DNA from: Podarcis muralis
Lineage: Eukaryota
Reading direction: 5' to 3'
DNA length: 64,000 bases
NCBI RefSeq assembly: GCF_964188315.1
Contig: NC_135656.1
Coordinates: forward strand, 66,464,001 to 66,528,000
Numbering within the stretch: position 1 is the stretch's first letter; each line of letters starts with the position of its first letter. Below, in pieces: positions 25,227-38,453 of this stretch. The notes under the pieces were generated by a model that was not told the DNA's origin, searched no databases, and saw nothing but the letters and a program-made list of their open reading frames with translations. Both the position numbers and the translations under genes were made by a program.

Positions 25227-27590
25227 TCTAGTAGATGATGGTGATGATGATGATGATTTTATTATATTTATACCCCGCCTATCAGGTATGTTACACCCAT
25301 GGTTTTATTCTCATGGATATGGCTTTTCACACTTGGCATGGTTATCTGAAAAGTGCATGCACAATTTTAGCAAAGCAGATCTGAATCATTGTTGCACAAT
25401 GCATGACTACTATTATTGCAATTATGTATTAGAGAGCCCATGCAAAAACATAGTGGTATAAATTAATACAGGTTTGTATCACTGCTGTGCATTGCATAAA
25501 CAATTGCTTTAAATGTACAAAGCCTTGCGAAGAAAGTGATCACTTCTATCTCCAACAGCAAATATGAGCTTTATTTTGGGAGGTGAAAATCACTCTGTTC
25601 ATGTACTACCTACGAAGCCAGTGTCTTAAAACAGGAAATCTAAAATCCCGGGCATGGCAAAATCGAAAGCAACAGTTTGAAAACTGCAAGCTCCAAGCTC
25701 CTGCTGTTCTATTTCTCTGCTCAAGCAGAAGTAAAACTGGAAGGTTTTAGGTCTGCAGATTTTAATTCCACAATATTAATATACAAATCAATGTCACTGT
25801 AGTGAGCATAGCTGCAAAAATGGAGAGGACTACTAGCCAAACATTGGGCGTGACCCTTTAAATCTTCCACTAAAGCAGGAGACAGTGTTACTGTAGCTCA
25901 TTATTTGCCCTGTCACGCTCTCCCTCCCAGGTGTATCACCCAGCAGGTGAGTAAGGCGGCAGAAGGAGCCTCACTTGTCTTGCCTCCTGTTAGGAGATTT
26001 AAAGGACTATGTCTGTTATTCAGATTGGTAGGTGGGTGTCCTAACTGAGGTTACTAGGAAAGGCATATCTGTTCATAGACTAGAGCTCACTTGTTGATCA
26101 GATATAAGGCTTGTGTCTAATATATCGTCCATGATTAGCAATATGCCGAACTGACGCTTTATGACAACTATGTTTGACTCATACTATTTCTAGGAGGAGG
26201 TTACAGCTTCTGTAACCATGGGGGTGGGGAGCTTACAACTGAGAATGCTTCCCAGTTTAAACTGCAAATCCAAAATAGTGGAGGGAATGTTAAAGAGGTC
26301 TGTGAGTTTTCATTTTCTTTGGGTGCAATTTTTCCAGCATAGCTCCCTTGAAAACTTCATTTATTTCAAGTAAGGCTTGCATAAGCTCAGTTCTTTATAG
26401 ATTGTATGCTATATGGTTAAAACAACAACAACCCCACTCTGACTTGTCTTAGTCTTCAGATTTATGCCCTGGGTTGTTCAGCTTCTAGTACACAGGGTGA
26501 AGCACTTGTCTTTAGGCATATTAAGTGCCTTTTGTTTATGAATGAGCACTTTTCATTCTGCTGGTACATTTAACATTGAAAATGTTTTCATCTATAGTTG
26601 CAAAAGCTGGCTGCTCACTCTCAGAGATTCATGACATGACCCAAAAAGAGTCTCTGATATGTGTCTATTTAGGATAGGCGATTTTTGAATTAAGCTCATG
26701 GAAAGTGGCTTAAGGCGATGGGGCAAAAAAAACTACTATTTGTCACCACATTCTGTGAAGACAGACAGACAGATAGATAGAAGAAAGAAAGTAGGCAGGG
26801 GAAACAGGTCTGGGTGAACTACAGCATGCACCAGTAACCTCTTCTACCTCTGGCACAGTTTGAGGCAGCTGGTGATTATGAGAATTCTTCTTATCTAAGT
26901 GAGCATGAAAATGTATATTCCTCTCAGTGTTTCAGAGTGTGGTGCAGTAATTATGAGGGAGGGTTAAGCACAGTAGGGCAGACGTACAACAGACCCCAGC
27001 AACCAGTGAACAGGGCGGATTCTGCTTCTATGGTGTATACCACACGTGTTAATTCCCTCTCTCATTGGCTGGATGTGCAGCCCAATGCATCTATGACAAG
27101 TAATGTTATAGGACATACGGACAAAACACAGCATTTTTATTCAAATGTGGGCATCACCGTGTTTGTCCGTGAACAAAAGGAAATGCAATGACAACTGGGG
27201 ACTTAAGTTCAGGGCTGATAATAGGTGAACAAGCCCATTCAGAAGCTAAGCAGGCTTCTGAAGCCAAGTTGAGGGTGGACTCAGGGCAAACTTTGAGTGC
27301 TCTGACATAGAACATATATTTGGCAAAACTGAAGCTGACCATAAGCGCTCTTATCACTTTTAAGTGAATTGTCCCTTGCTGTCTTAGAACTAATTATCTG
27401 AATTTTCCTGCACACACAAGCTTCCTTCCTATCTACATTGATATCTGCAATGTGCAAATTAACTATAAAAAGAGAGGGAAAAATGAAAAAAGAAATTTAA
27501 TAATATACTTTAAGTGGCAGGTGTGTGGCCACAAAGCCCCCTCATTTGTAGGAGGGCTTCAAGGTGAAAATCTCAGATGACTATCTAAAA

Positions 27591-27726
27591 CAGGCATAGG
27601 CAAACTCCGGCCCTCCAGATATTTGGGACTACAATTCCCATGCTCCCTGACCACTGGTCCTGTTAGCTAGGGATGATGGGAATTGTAGTCCCAAATATCT
27701 GGAGGGCTGGATTTTGCCTATTTCTG
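27591..27726. mobile_element. Hairpin MITE family B
   Basis: CAGGCATAGGCAAA...TTTGCCTA termini; near-perfect internal inverted repeat ccctccagatatttgggactacaattcccat / atgggaattgtagtcccaaatatctggaggg. Confidence 0.8.
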
Positions 27727-28898
27727 AAATCCACCTCAGTTGGCTATTTCTCATTTCCCCAACTGCTCCATGTTGAAATGTAGGATAGGCAATGTCAACA
27801 CAACTGTAACACAGAAAGCAGCAGGCCTATTCTGCCAGTTAGTTGGCTGCTTTAGTGGCTTAGTATGTATTATCCAGTATTCCTGATCCAAACTTGGCTG
27901 TGATAAGCAATGATCCATGTCTGCTCCCTTTTGGAGAGTGCCTTATCCATTTTGGTACACTATGAAAGCCAACAAGAGACTCAAGTACTCTTCAAGTGGG
28001 ACTGGAACACTGGAGGGAAATCACAGTGCAAAACAGGACTCTCCACTTTCAGGAATCATGGCATGGGCTTCCAGGCACCCACTAAATTTGACCTGAACCT
28101 AAGGTACATAGATAGGTTGGAAATCCATAGCTATCTGATTGCTCTATATGTGAATGATATAGAAAAGGGGTGCAGTATTTGGGAAAGCATCAGTTTAAGT
28201 CAATGGGATGGCATAAAAATGTAGGTTTCCAACAGCTGAAGAGGTTTTCAAGGAGACACGGGGGTTTGCAATATAAATTAGCTGACATCCAGAACATTAA
28301 TCACAATGAACTAATGCCTTACAAGGTAAGAAGTTGGGAAACCTTACATGAATGTAGAACGTGCCATATATAATTTGCTATCACATGCAAAGCAAATGTT
28401 GCTGTGGTTTACTTTCTGTGATGAACCCCCACAAACTTTGCTGCTATTAGTAGAGATATTCCACATGTGGACATGACAAAGGAAAAACAAAATTAAAAAA
28501 AGGAAGGGAAGATTGACTGACGTACTTCAGGAGAAGGCCAGACCCTGGAGAGACCCTGCAGTGGAGTACTTGCTAGAGTCCACAAAAGACTGGTCTGATA
28601 AAAGACAACAACAAGGAATAAGAAAGGAAAGAAAGAGAAAGGCTGGTATTAGTAAGCTGCAATATCACTCATTTTAAGCAAACACTCAGACCATGCTTTG
28701 TTTTAAAAAAAGACACAGCATCTCAGTTCAACAAGGCAACGAAAGCAGGCTGTTTTGCCAAGCAAGGGAATGAGGGCACTTATCAGTGACACATAGAATG
28801 CACAGGCCACATTGTAGACTGCCAAGGCCTGTCACCCTTTGGATGAGATGCAAGAAACAAAGGTGCTGTAAAACAGTATGATGCCCAGGTTGGCCTAC

Positions 28899-29093
28899 CT
28901 TGCAGGCTATTCCCATTGGTGCTGGTACAGGTGGGGGGAGGGGAAGTCTGCGGTCTAACAACAGGAGCAAAAGCACTCTTCTGTTTCACTGCTGAGACCA
29001 TGTTGGCTGGTGAGAAGGAGAAGATCCCGGAGGAGCTGCTACAGTTAGAAGGGAGACTAGTGGAGGAGGCCATTGTTGGGCTGGATGGCACGA
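28899..29093 (-). CDS. EBF1: EBF1 exon 15: (I)[64 protein letters not shown]
   Basis: 195 bp inside ORF 28783..29112; acceptor ttttgctctAG|TC, donor CAAG|GTAGGC; phase 1-1. Confidence 0.97.
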
Positions 29094-30063
29094 CTAGAGC
29101 AAAACAAAACACAGAGGAAATACTGGTATCAAGATTTTAAATGGAAATGCAAAAAGGCTTGAGTTTCGAGGGTGCCACCAAGACTTCTTTAGCAGATGCC
29201 CTGAGCTCTTGGTGGTTTTGTTCTCATAACATCTGATTGACCCTTAGCATGGCGTTCTTGCCAACAGCTGTTCCCTTACTGGAAAGTTGAAGCCAGAATC
29301 CCAGGTCACATGGGAAGGAGAGCATGACATGGCTCATTCCCATGGCTTCCCATGGGATCCAGGGCTTCTTGTATTACTTATGAGGTGGCATGAAATCATA
29401 GAATTGTAGAGTCATCTAGTCCACCCCCCTGCAATGCAGGAAAGCAAGAGAAAGCAGCTCTACCAGGTCTGCATCATCACTCTGGGCTATCTCACAACCT
29501 CCACATATCTTGAGATAGCTCATTAAAAATGGTAACAACTGTTGCCTCCATGTTGTTTTCCTAAAGAGAGTCAACTTGTCAAAACAATGTTTGCGCTCTA
29601 CTTCACACCCCACCTGAACAGTACATTTATAGCAGTATCATACCACTGAAAACAGCCATGGCTTCCCCCCATAGATTCATCGGAACTGTAGTTTGCTAAG
29701 GGTGCTGAGAGTTGCTAGGAAGACCTGATTCCCCTCACAGAGCTATGGTTCCCACTGAAAAGAGGGATTGAGTGTTAAAGCACTCTGATAATTTTAGCTC
29801 TGTGAGGGATCTCAGCACCCATAACAATTGTTCCCAGGGTTCTTTGGGGGAAGTCATGACTGTTTACTTTGGTATGTTAGTGTTTTACATGTATAGTGTA
29901 CATGGGACCTCGGACAGCATTGGTGGAAGTTAATTGTGCTTCCCCGGGTGGTCACACAGCTGCATCCAAGAGGCAAATTCAATAATCTCTTACAGTCACA
30001 GAAAATATTGGGGAGTAGTTTTCATAAGTGACAGCCTTGCATCCTCTGCAACTTTGGAAGGGA

Positions 30064-30358
30064 CGGTGTTCGAAATTCCCATTGTTCCAGGCACATTTTG
30101 CAATGGAATTTCATTGGCGGAGCAGTTTCTGAGCTCTGGAAGCAGTACTAAGATTTCAGATTAAAACTGCAGAGTGGAAGGAAAGGAGGACCTTTTTCTG
30201 CCTCCCCACTTCTAGCTGCTCTCTGAAGGCTGGAGAAGAGACCCTCTTAAGAATATTAGGGGGTGGACAGGGGAAGGACTAGACCATGTGAAAAATGAAC
30301 ATAATATTTTAGCTGCAGTTCATTCGCTTTGAGCTTTGTGTGCTTGTTATTAAAAAAG
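30064..30358 (+). mobile_element. hAT MITE family A, 3'-truncated
   Basis: Starts cggtgttcgaaattcccattg; colinear with 32619-32925; stops after ttattaaaaaag. Confidence 0.8.
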
Positions 30359-32618
30359 TTTCTTTTATTCCTTGTCTCTATTTCATTTAATTTTTGTTCA
30401 GCTTTTCCTGCAACTGAACCATGAGTTTACATGTGTAGGAGGAAGTCTCTAAATAAAGAGACCAAATCCCAATATTCTTCTTTTTTAAATATATATATAT
30501 GAAAATGTTACTTTTAAAAGAAGAAAACTAAAACTGGCTGCTGTTTTGTTTGTTTGTTTTTGGTACAATATTATTTTTGTATCCAATAGATCACATGACT
30601 CAGGTTGCAATCCAATGAGTAAATATCTGCACCCTCATTTGGGGCTAAAAGCTACTGAACTCAGTGGTATTTACTTCTAAGAAAACATGCACAAAATTTG
30701 GCTGCCAGGCTGCAAATATATGCACACTTAATTGGGACTAAGCTCTACTGAACGTCCATTTGAATAAACATGCATAGGATTAGGCTAAAAGCATTCCTTA
30801 ATTTTGCCAACCATTTTTGTGATTTTCAACCTGTGATTTTCTTCATTCTGTCAACTTGCCTGCACAGTCATGAAATTTTGGGAGGGGCAGTTGCAGACAG
30901 TTTGGAAACAGTTTTCAGTATCAACACTTCATGCCTTAGCCATGTTGGCCAGGAGTGAGGCGGTGTGTGTGCGAGTGTGAGGTGGTGGAGGCAGAAAGCT
31001 CCATGGTGGTAATAAGAGTATGCATGCAGTTATTTGTTTTGTTCCTGGTTCCATTATTAATAATAATTAAATTAGTACACTGCCCCCCAAAATTTGCACT
31101 CCCAAATGGATCTTCTCAATTTTGTGCCCCCTTGGCATAGCGCCCTGTGCGGGAGAACTGCTCACACCACCCTAAATCCAGCGCTGCAGTTAGCAACTAA
31201 GGTCAGCCACAGCTTTTTCCTAGCTTGTAGGATAGTACATGTTTGAAATTTCTAAGACGTCACATTAAACCATAGATGGAAACAAACAATGGTTTCACGT
31301 GAAAGCCTAACATGCTTCTTGCCTTGCTTATCTCCTGCTCTTGCTGCTGCGGAACCACCAGGAAATAATCCAGCCTGGTTTGTCATGAGGACCATGTCTA
31401 GCTCATGGTTTGTTTCTCTCCTAGCAAACCATGAGCAGTAGCCAAAGTTCCTGGCTCACTCCTAGTGGTTTGTTTGGGAAAAGCAAACCAAGAGCATGTT
31501 TTCAGATGTCACAGCAAGCCCAATTCAGGAGCCCTGGAAATTGAGAAGCGCAGCAATAACTTTTTTAGTGGCATGGACCATTCACATTAAACCATAGTTT
31601 GCTTTTTAATGTGATGTGTGACCTGGGCCAAATCAACTACTTTGGCTTTGAGAATTGCCTTCTTTTTCAACTTCATTGGCATTTTGTCTAAAGATAATTA
31701 ATATATTTGGTGGTTGTGGTTGTTGGTTTAGAGCAGCTTTCCTTACTTAAAGATAATGCCAAGTTGCTCCAGAAATTTGGGTTCTATTACTATGAGAAAA
31801 GAGAAGAACCTGGTTAGCTGGACAAATTACTTATCTCCCCCCCCCCCCTTATTTAGAAGCTGTTTATGTTTAATTGTGGTTTATGAATAATTAAATGGCA
31901 GGGGAATGAAAATTTAAATCAGCTGAACTTGAGATTATTATTTTATTTGCATTTCTGAAGATAAAAATCACCCTCTCAGAATCTCGGTGCAGGAAACTGA
32001 TATCATATTTGTGAACACTGAGGAAATCAATTAATGGAAATTAAACGTTCAAAGTTTCACAGTCTGACAGATACAATCTTGGTCTGGAGTCACTCAGTTC
32101 CTGCAAGCACTTGTTAAGGCGCAGCAATCAAAGCACCTAAATTGAATTGCTACTATACAGCAATTAGTTTATTGATTTAATTAAGGATGCCACCTTTCTA
32201 ATTCTCAGGTCATGATTGAAACATTTTCCAATTGAACATATTTGCCATTAATGGGACAGCAAGATCAACCAAGAAAAACCGCTCAAAGATAATAATAGTA
32301 ATAATAATAATGGTGGTGGTGGTGGTGAAATGAAAAGTAATATAAAGACATTATTCAAGAGAAAGAAACACTTCAGAAGACAAATCAGTCCGTGATTATG
32401 AAATAGTGTATCACAGAAATCACTTTCATGGAACAAAGAATAGGGGTTAAAAATTCTATCCCATTAATTCAGTGTAATAGTTCAGAGAGTTTAATTATCA
32501 TCCATTGTTATTATACTGCTATCAGAATTAAATAGTAATTCCTGGTGGAGAATTTTAAGCTCTGACATGACAACCATGTAGATCTCTCTTTTTCTTTTTT
32601 ACTTTAAAGACCCTTAAG

Positions 32619-33011
32619 CAGTGTTCGAAACTCCCATTGTTCTAGGCGCATTTTGCAACAGGGAATTTTCTTAGGGCAAGCAGTTTCTGAGCTCTGGGCG
32701 CAGTACTGTGCCTAAGATTTCACTTTAAAATTCCTGAGTGGAAGGAAAGGAGGGCCTTTTTCTGCCTCCCCACTTCCAGCTACATTCTGAAGACTGGAGA
32801 AGAGACCCTCTTAAGAATATTAGGGAGGTGGGCAGGGGAAGGGCTAGACCGTGTGAAAAATGAACATAATATTTTAGCTGCAGTTCATTCGTTTTCAGCT
32901 TTGTGTGCTTGTTATTAAAAAAGCACGCCTATACATTCCATTGTTGTGCCAATACCCTAGGTTTAAGGTGCCATTTAGCTCCTAGCTTTCATATCTCAGT
33001 TTCTAACGCTG
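32619..33011 (+). mobile_element. hAT MITE family A, full length (393 bp)
   Basis: TIR CAGTGTTCGAAA / TTTCTAACGCTG; perfect 8-bp TSD CCCTTAAG at 32611-32618 and 33012-33019. Confidence 0.9.
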
Positions 33012-34136
33012 CCCTTAAGGGCAAGATCCTTTTTTAAAGTATTGGGGCAAAACTACCTATTGCGTCAGGCATGTGGTAGCAGCCACATCAGGGACTTTGT
33101 TAAATGTAATAGTAGGTGTGGGTGGAGGTGGCAGGGTGCATTTTCATTGGAATCACAAGTGTCTGGAGAGGAGAGGTTTAACCCTCTCCTAGGGCAATTC
33201 CAATGAACCTCCCCCCTCACAAACACACTTTGCACAGCACTTCTCAAATACCCAACTATCACAGCTTGGGAAGTGCCTTGCACAGTGCTTCCCAGGGGCC
33301 TGGCAGCCAGCTTCTGATGTGCTAGCATTGTTCATGATAAGCAGGTGAGGACCTGATCAACCTTTGAATGGGAGCTTCTTAGGAGCCCCAAAACTACGCC
33401 TGAGTTTCTCAAGCAGCAATTAGAATAAAACCAAAAATCATATATAATTATATGAAGTACAAAGTCTATCCGGGAAATGGAAAGCAATGATCCAGATTAA
33501 TGGCACTTTACTGCATCAAATACGTAACCCAATGCAGCTGCTTCCACTTGTAAATAAATAACAAAAATGACAAGCGTGAAACAAACTTTAAGGGTCTGCA
33601 ATGAACTTCAAGGGTCTTACAGCGCAACCTATGCACATCTTCTCAGAAGTAAGCTTCACTGTATCAGTGGGGCTTACTCGCTCTGCCTCAGGTTGCTGCC
33701 TTACAGTTCAATTCAAAGCATGTGTCCTTTGACTCACTGAATTTGAGTTTTTCCTGTAAATTAGTTGTTAATCATTTCTTTGTGAGCTGCTCCAAGAACT
33801 CTTGCTATGGGGTGACTGTATGACTGCAGTTAATATATCCAATGGGAATTGAGTGAGATGCACCCGAATAAGTGCATTTAGGATTGGGGCAATAGGGACG
33901 CTACAAAAGGCTAGGTCATTTGTCAGCAGCAACTGCGCAACTGGAGTGAACAGGGCACTGTCCCACCACCCCCAATCTGCCATCAGCAAGCCTCCACATG
34001 TCTGCCTTCCTTCTTACAACCAGTTCAGGGAGTGGATCTTCCTGGCATTTTTCTCCCTGAATCCCACCCTGCAAATTTCCATGGGCACCAGCCACCACAG
34101 GAAAACAATCAGCATAAATGGTGCAGAAATACATAC

Positions 34137-34316
34137 TGGCATAGGGAGAGTTGGCAGCAGACCCATTCAGGAAGGTTGGAGATCCACCTAAATTGGACAT
34201 TCCAGCATTTCCGTAGCCATTCATGCTTGTCGTGACGGAATTGTAGTTTGTCTGCTGAGGGGTAGTGCTTGGCACGTAACCATGAGGTGACACACTGCTT
34301 GAGTTGCGAGTAAAAC
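34137..34316 (-). CDS. EBF1: EBF1 exon 14: (G)[59 protein letters not shown] (Ser/Thr/Pro-rich transactivation domain)
   Basis: 180 bp inside ORF 33916..34353; acceptor aaaAG|GT, donor GCCA|GTATGT; phase 1-1. Confidence 0.97.
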
Positions 34317-34672
34317 CTTTTTGGGGGGGGGGAGTCGAAAAAGAGAAAGACACAACAGCTGTTTTTCAAGAGAGACTTTCGGAACATACCAAAAAATGCA
34401 ATTCTGAGGAAAGAGAGGGGGTTGCTTTAGAAAGTTCAATCTGCAAATCATTTATGAAGTGTTGAGAACTTTTAAGTAAGTGTGAGTGTTATGGGTCGCA
34501 GAAGATGTTGCAAATAGCTGAAAGATATAGCAAAGAGACAACTTACTGGCCTGAGGGATTCTATCACGGCATTCTCTATATGGTTCTGAGCCACACTCTT
34601 AACAGCCTGTTAACAATTTCTGATCAGTTCTTTAGGGAAAGAAGTGCATCGCCCCATATGAACTGACCTGAA

Positions 34673-35008
34673 CCCTGTGGTCATCATCTGAGGCCCTTCT
34701 TCATGTGCCTCCTCCACAAGAGGTCTGGAGAGCAGCAACACAAGAGTGGGCCTTTTCTGTGGTGGCTCCCTGCTTCTGGAATCCTCTCCCTAGGGAGGCT
34801 TGCCTGGCACCTTCAGTACATATTATTAGGTGCCAGGCAAAGCCCTTCTTCTTCCAGGCCTGTGGCTAATTAAACAATCTATGGCCTTTTAAACCTTGGG
34901 GTGGTGGTGGTATTGTTTTTGGTTGTTATTAAGACATGTATTTTTGAATTTTTATATTGTAAACCACTCTGTGATTGTCGGGTGAAGGGCAGTATAGAAA
35001 TTTTAACA
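34673..35008 (+). mobile_element. L2 LINE 3' fragment
   Basis: gggccttttctgtggtggctccc..ctggaat (degenerate RAFSVVAPxLWN) plus a 3'UTR ending ttgtaaaccac...gaagggcagtatagaaat. A similar fragment lies at ~42330-42715. Confidence 0.65.
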
Positions 35009-35439
35009 GCAGCTGTAATCCTGATGGGAGGAAGGTTGGAGGTCTGATCGCCAACGAAATGGGTGGCAGTAGCCAGTGGAAAGCTCCCAAACAGGGCATT
35101 TTAGGGTGGAATGCTGGGGGCTCTGGCTCATAGGTCCAATCCCTGAACCCCTCAGCTGCACCAGGCTGGAGCTGGTGCAGCACCCTCCCCAAAAAACCCT
35201 CCACCTTCCACCCTTGTTGGCAGGGCTTCAGATGTGGCAGTGTATCTGCCATTCCACAGCAGGCCAGCCTCTATAGTTAGGATTGTTCTGCCAAGGAAAA
35301 GTGCTCGGTCCTTGCTTGCTAAAAACAGAACGTGATTAAACAAGGTCTAGAATGTCAGTTTTCAGGAACTAATTTTGGTTGCATCACTTCTGATAATTCC
35401 ATGGAGATAGCAATATGTCCTTGGTTATATAGCTTTTGG

Positions 35440-35806
35440 ACGTTCTAGGTGCATTTTGTGACAGGGAATTTCATTAGCGTGAGCAGTTTCTGAGCTCTGG
35501 GCGCAGTACTGCACCAAAGATTTCAGATTAAAACTGCAGAGTGGAAGGAAAGGAGGACCTTTCTGACTCCCCACTTCTAGCTACTCTCTGAAGTCTGGCG
35601 AAGAGACCCCTCTTAAGAATATTAGGAGGGTGGGCAAGGGAAGGACTAGACTATGTGAAAAATGAACATAATATTTTAGCTGCATTTCATTCATTTTCAG
35701 CTTTGTGTGCTTGTTATTAAAAAAAGCATGCCTATACATTCCATTGTTGCCCCCATAACCCAGGTTTAATGCGCTCCTAGCTTTCATATCTCAGTTTCTA
35801 ACACTG
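35440..35806 (+). mobile_element. hAT MITE family A, left terminus lost
   Basis: Colinear with 32640-33011; ends TTTCTAACACTG; no TSD recognisable. Confidence 0.82.
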
Positions 35807-36276
35807 GGTATGAGCCAGCATGTTTATGTTAAGGTAAACTCATGTTATAAGTACTTTGGTGCAGAATGTTCAGCCTTAGTACTGAGTGCTTAACTCAAAT
35901 ACTTTCTTTTCTTTTCTTTTTATTCACTGACCATGACTCCGTTAAATATGTAAATTATCAAGTGCCCTCCACACCAATGAAACAGCACTGCATTTTATCT
36001 CACTAGTCAAACAGATTACATGTTATGCAGGTCATGAACTGTTCTGTGTACTATTCTAATGCAATTTCCCCCACCTTCTACCCTCCAGGGGACAACTCTC
36101 ATCCATCCCAGCTAACATGGATGTTGGCATGCTCAGTGAAATAAATGTGCATGGTGCCTTTTACTTAGCCATATAGAGGCTCTTTGGTAACCTCTTTGCT
36201 TTCCAATTTAAAAAAAAAAAAAATCCACCCAATTGTGCCTGAAGATTGAAAAAAAAAAGTTTCTTCTTCAGCTTAC

Positions 36277-36454
36277 CCTGATTAGTGGCCTGTGATGCTT
36301 CTGAGACATTGACTGCTAACTGACCACTAAAGGAGTTCACGCCCATCATTCCTGCGTGGACCGAAGTGTTGGCGAGCGCTGGGAGTTGGTTGTGATTGCG
36401 AGGGACACTGTAGAGAGCTTCTGCAATATCAGCTGCTCTTTTCAGGATTATTTC
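36277..36454 (-). CDS. EBF1: EBF1 exon 13: [59 protein letters not shown](G)
   Basis: 178 bp inside ORF 36161..36499; acceptor ctttcccccAG|GAA, donor CAGG|GTAAGC; the sequence after the helix is EBF1-specific rather than EBF2/3/4. Confidence 0.97.
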
Positions 36455-37469
36455 CTGGGGGAAAGCGTTGAGAGATGTAACAAAGTAATTAAGAGGCAAT
36501 TCACTGAGCAGTTAAGGAGCCTACACCGATGCAAGATTCAGCATATCTTCTCTCAGAACAGTGGGACAAGATTGGATTGACTTGAGGGCTGAACAAGTCA
36601 TAGGTCAAACTCTAATCCACTCGGATAAAGTGATGATATGGCTGATAGTGAATTTGTGGCCTTCATTTGAAGATCCCACCCAGACTTAATTAGCTGCACA
36701 AACAATCCTTTCTAACTTTGGGTCTTTCTCAGTGAAATGGGAACAATGATCTACCAAACGAGATTGCTTCAAGATTGAAGATAGATATTGCAATAGTGGT
36801 ACCTAAAGGTCTCTTGTGGTAGAGCACATCCTTTGCATGCAAAAGATTCCAGATTCAATGCCTGGCATCTTCAGGTAAGGATGAGAGAGAGAGGCCCAAG
36901 TATGAAATCCCAGATAGCAGTTGCTACTCAGAGTAGACAAAACTGAGCAAGGTGGACCAATAATATGATTCAGAGTAAGGAAGCTTTTATGTACTTATTA
37001 ACCACAATAAGTAACCTCTAGAAACACAAATCTATGTTTGGTCATAATTCTCCCTTATCTGACATTAATACTTTAAATAGAATTTATTAACTACTTACAC
37101 TTCACAAGTATTATATATATTTTTGAGATGGTATTTTCCCTTGCCAAGGGAAAATGTATGCTTTTCAATCAGCCCTGATTTTTAATGCAAAAATATATTG
37201 GTAATAGAAAGCAAAACAAAAGTTTTAAGTGGGCTTCTCCTAGACTAGGCAGTTGTAGGTAAGGAATCTGATGTCACTGATGCTGATTTATATGAGAATC
37301 AGCATATCTTCTGGGCCAATTCCCATGTAATTTTACAAGAAATAGTTTCATATTCCTCCACACACAAAAGGGTCAACTGAGTGTACAAGCAGTGACCATT
37401 TTGCACACGGCCAATTGATGTGTGATGGCCGACACATGCAACCCCCGGTCAAACAGGGAATTGCCTATA

Positions 37470-37711
37470 CAGTGGTACCTCGGGTTACATATGCTTCAGG
37501 TTACATACGCTTCTGGTTACAGACTCCGCTAACCCAGAAATAGTGCTTCTGGTTAATAACTTTGCTTCAGGATGAGAACAGAAATCATCCTCTGGCGGTG
37601 CGGCAGCAGCAGGAGGCCCCAATAGCTAAAGTGGTGCTTCAGGTTAAGAACAGTTTCAGGTTAAGTACGGACCTCCGGAACGAATTAAGTACTTAATCCG
37701 AGGTACCACTG
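37470..37711. mobile_element. Tigger/pogo-like MITE in EBF1 intron 12
   Basis: TA|CAGTGGTACCTCGGGTTA ... TAATCCGAGGTACCACTG|TA; TA TSD intact. Confidence 0.88.
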
Positions 37712-38453
37712 TATTATGAGAGACAAACGTAAAATGACCTATTCAATGTCTCTATTTGTGACATTGTCTACATGGGCAGGTCCACTTCTGCACAGTGCAG
37801 CAAATCACTTCTGAGTATAACTGCATCTCAAAGTTCCCAAACAGCAAGACCTTGAAAGGCAAAGAGAGCATTTTAGCATCTGTCTTCAATCCACAGAGTT
37901 TGCCCAAAGGTTTCTGTGAAAATGGGATGTCATCCTCTGAGAATTATTATAGACTTTGCTGAGGTAAGGTCTTGAAAAGAGCTCTGGAAACCATAATCCT
38001 ATTTACCTGTGAGTAAGCCCAACAAAAGACAATGGTAATTATTTCCGAATAGATGTGTATAATATTGCCCCATAAGTTTCATTTACTTATTTTTATTACA
38101 CACATCATGAGAACTGCTTGGCATAGGTGATATAACATCTCAAAACATATAATATTTGGAAAACATAAGTTTTTAAATTCTATTTAAAGTCTACAGATCT
38201 AAAAGGTATAAATCACTACCTAACACAGATTTGTGTTTCTGAAGGTGACGTGCATGCAGTTTTTAATCTTTGCAAAAACAAAAGGAAAGGAAGGAAAATA
38301 AATAAACACCAACAAAGCAAGCTCATTTGATTCCCTCGTTTATTTTCCTTTGTCAAAAATTTTTATGTACAAGTATGACTGAGTAGGCTACCCCTAAAGC
38401 ATAGGTACCAACATGCTAAGTATAAAGAGCTATTAAATGAGGACTGCATTTAC

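Noticed and set aside
28783-28898. Read-through of the exon-15 donor giving an alternative C-terminus (GRPTWASYC...SMCH*)
   Set aside because: The donor is canonical, no nearby polyA signal is evident, and a 38-codon open stretch is unremarkable; it would need RNA evidence.
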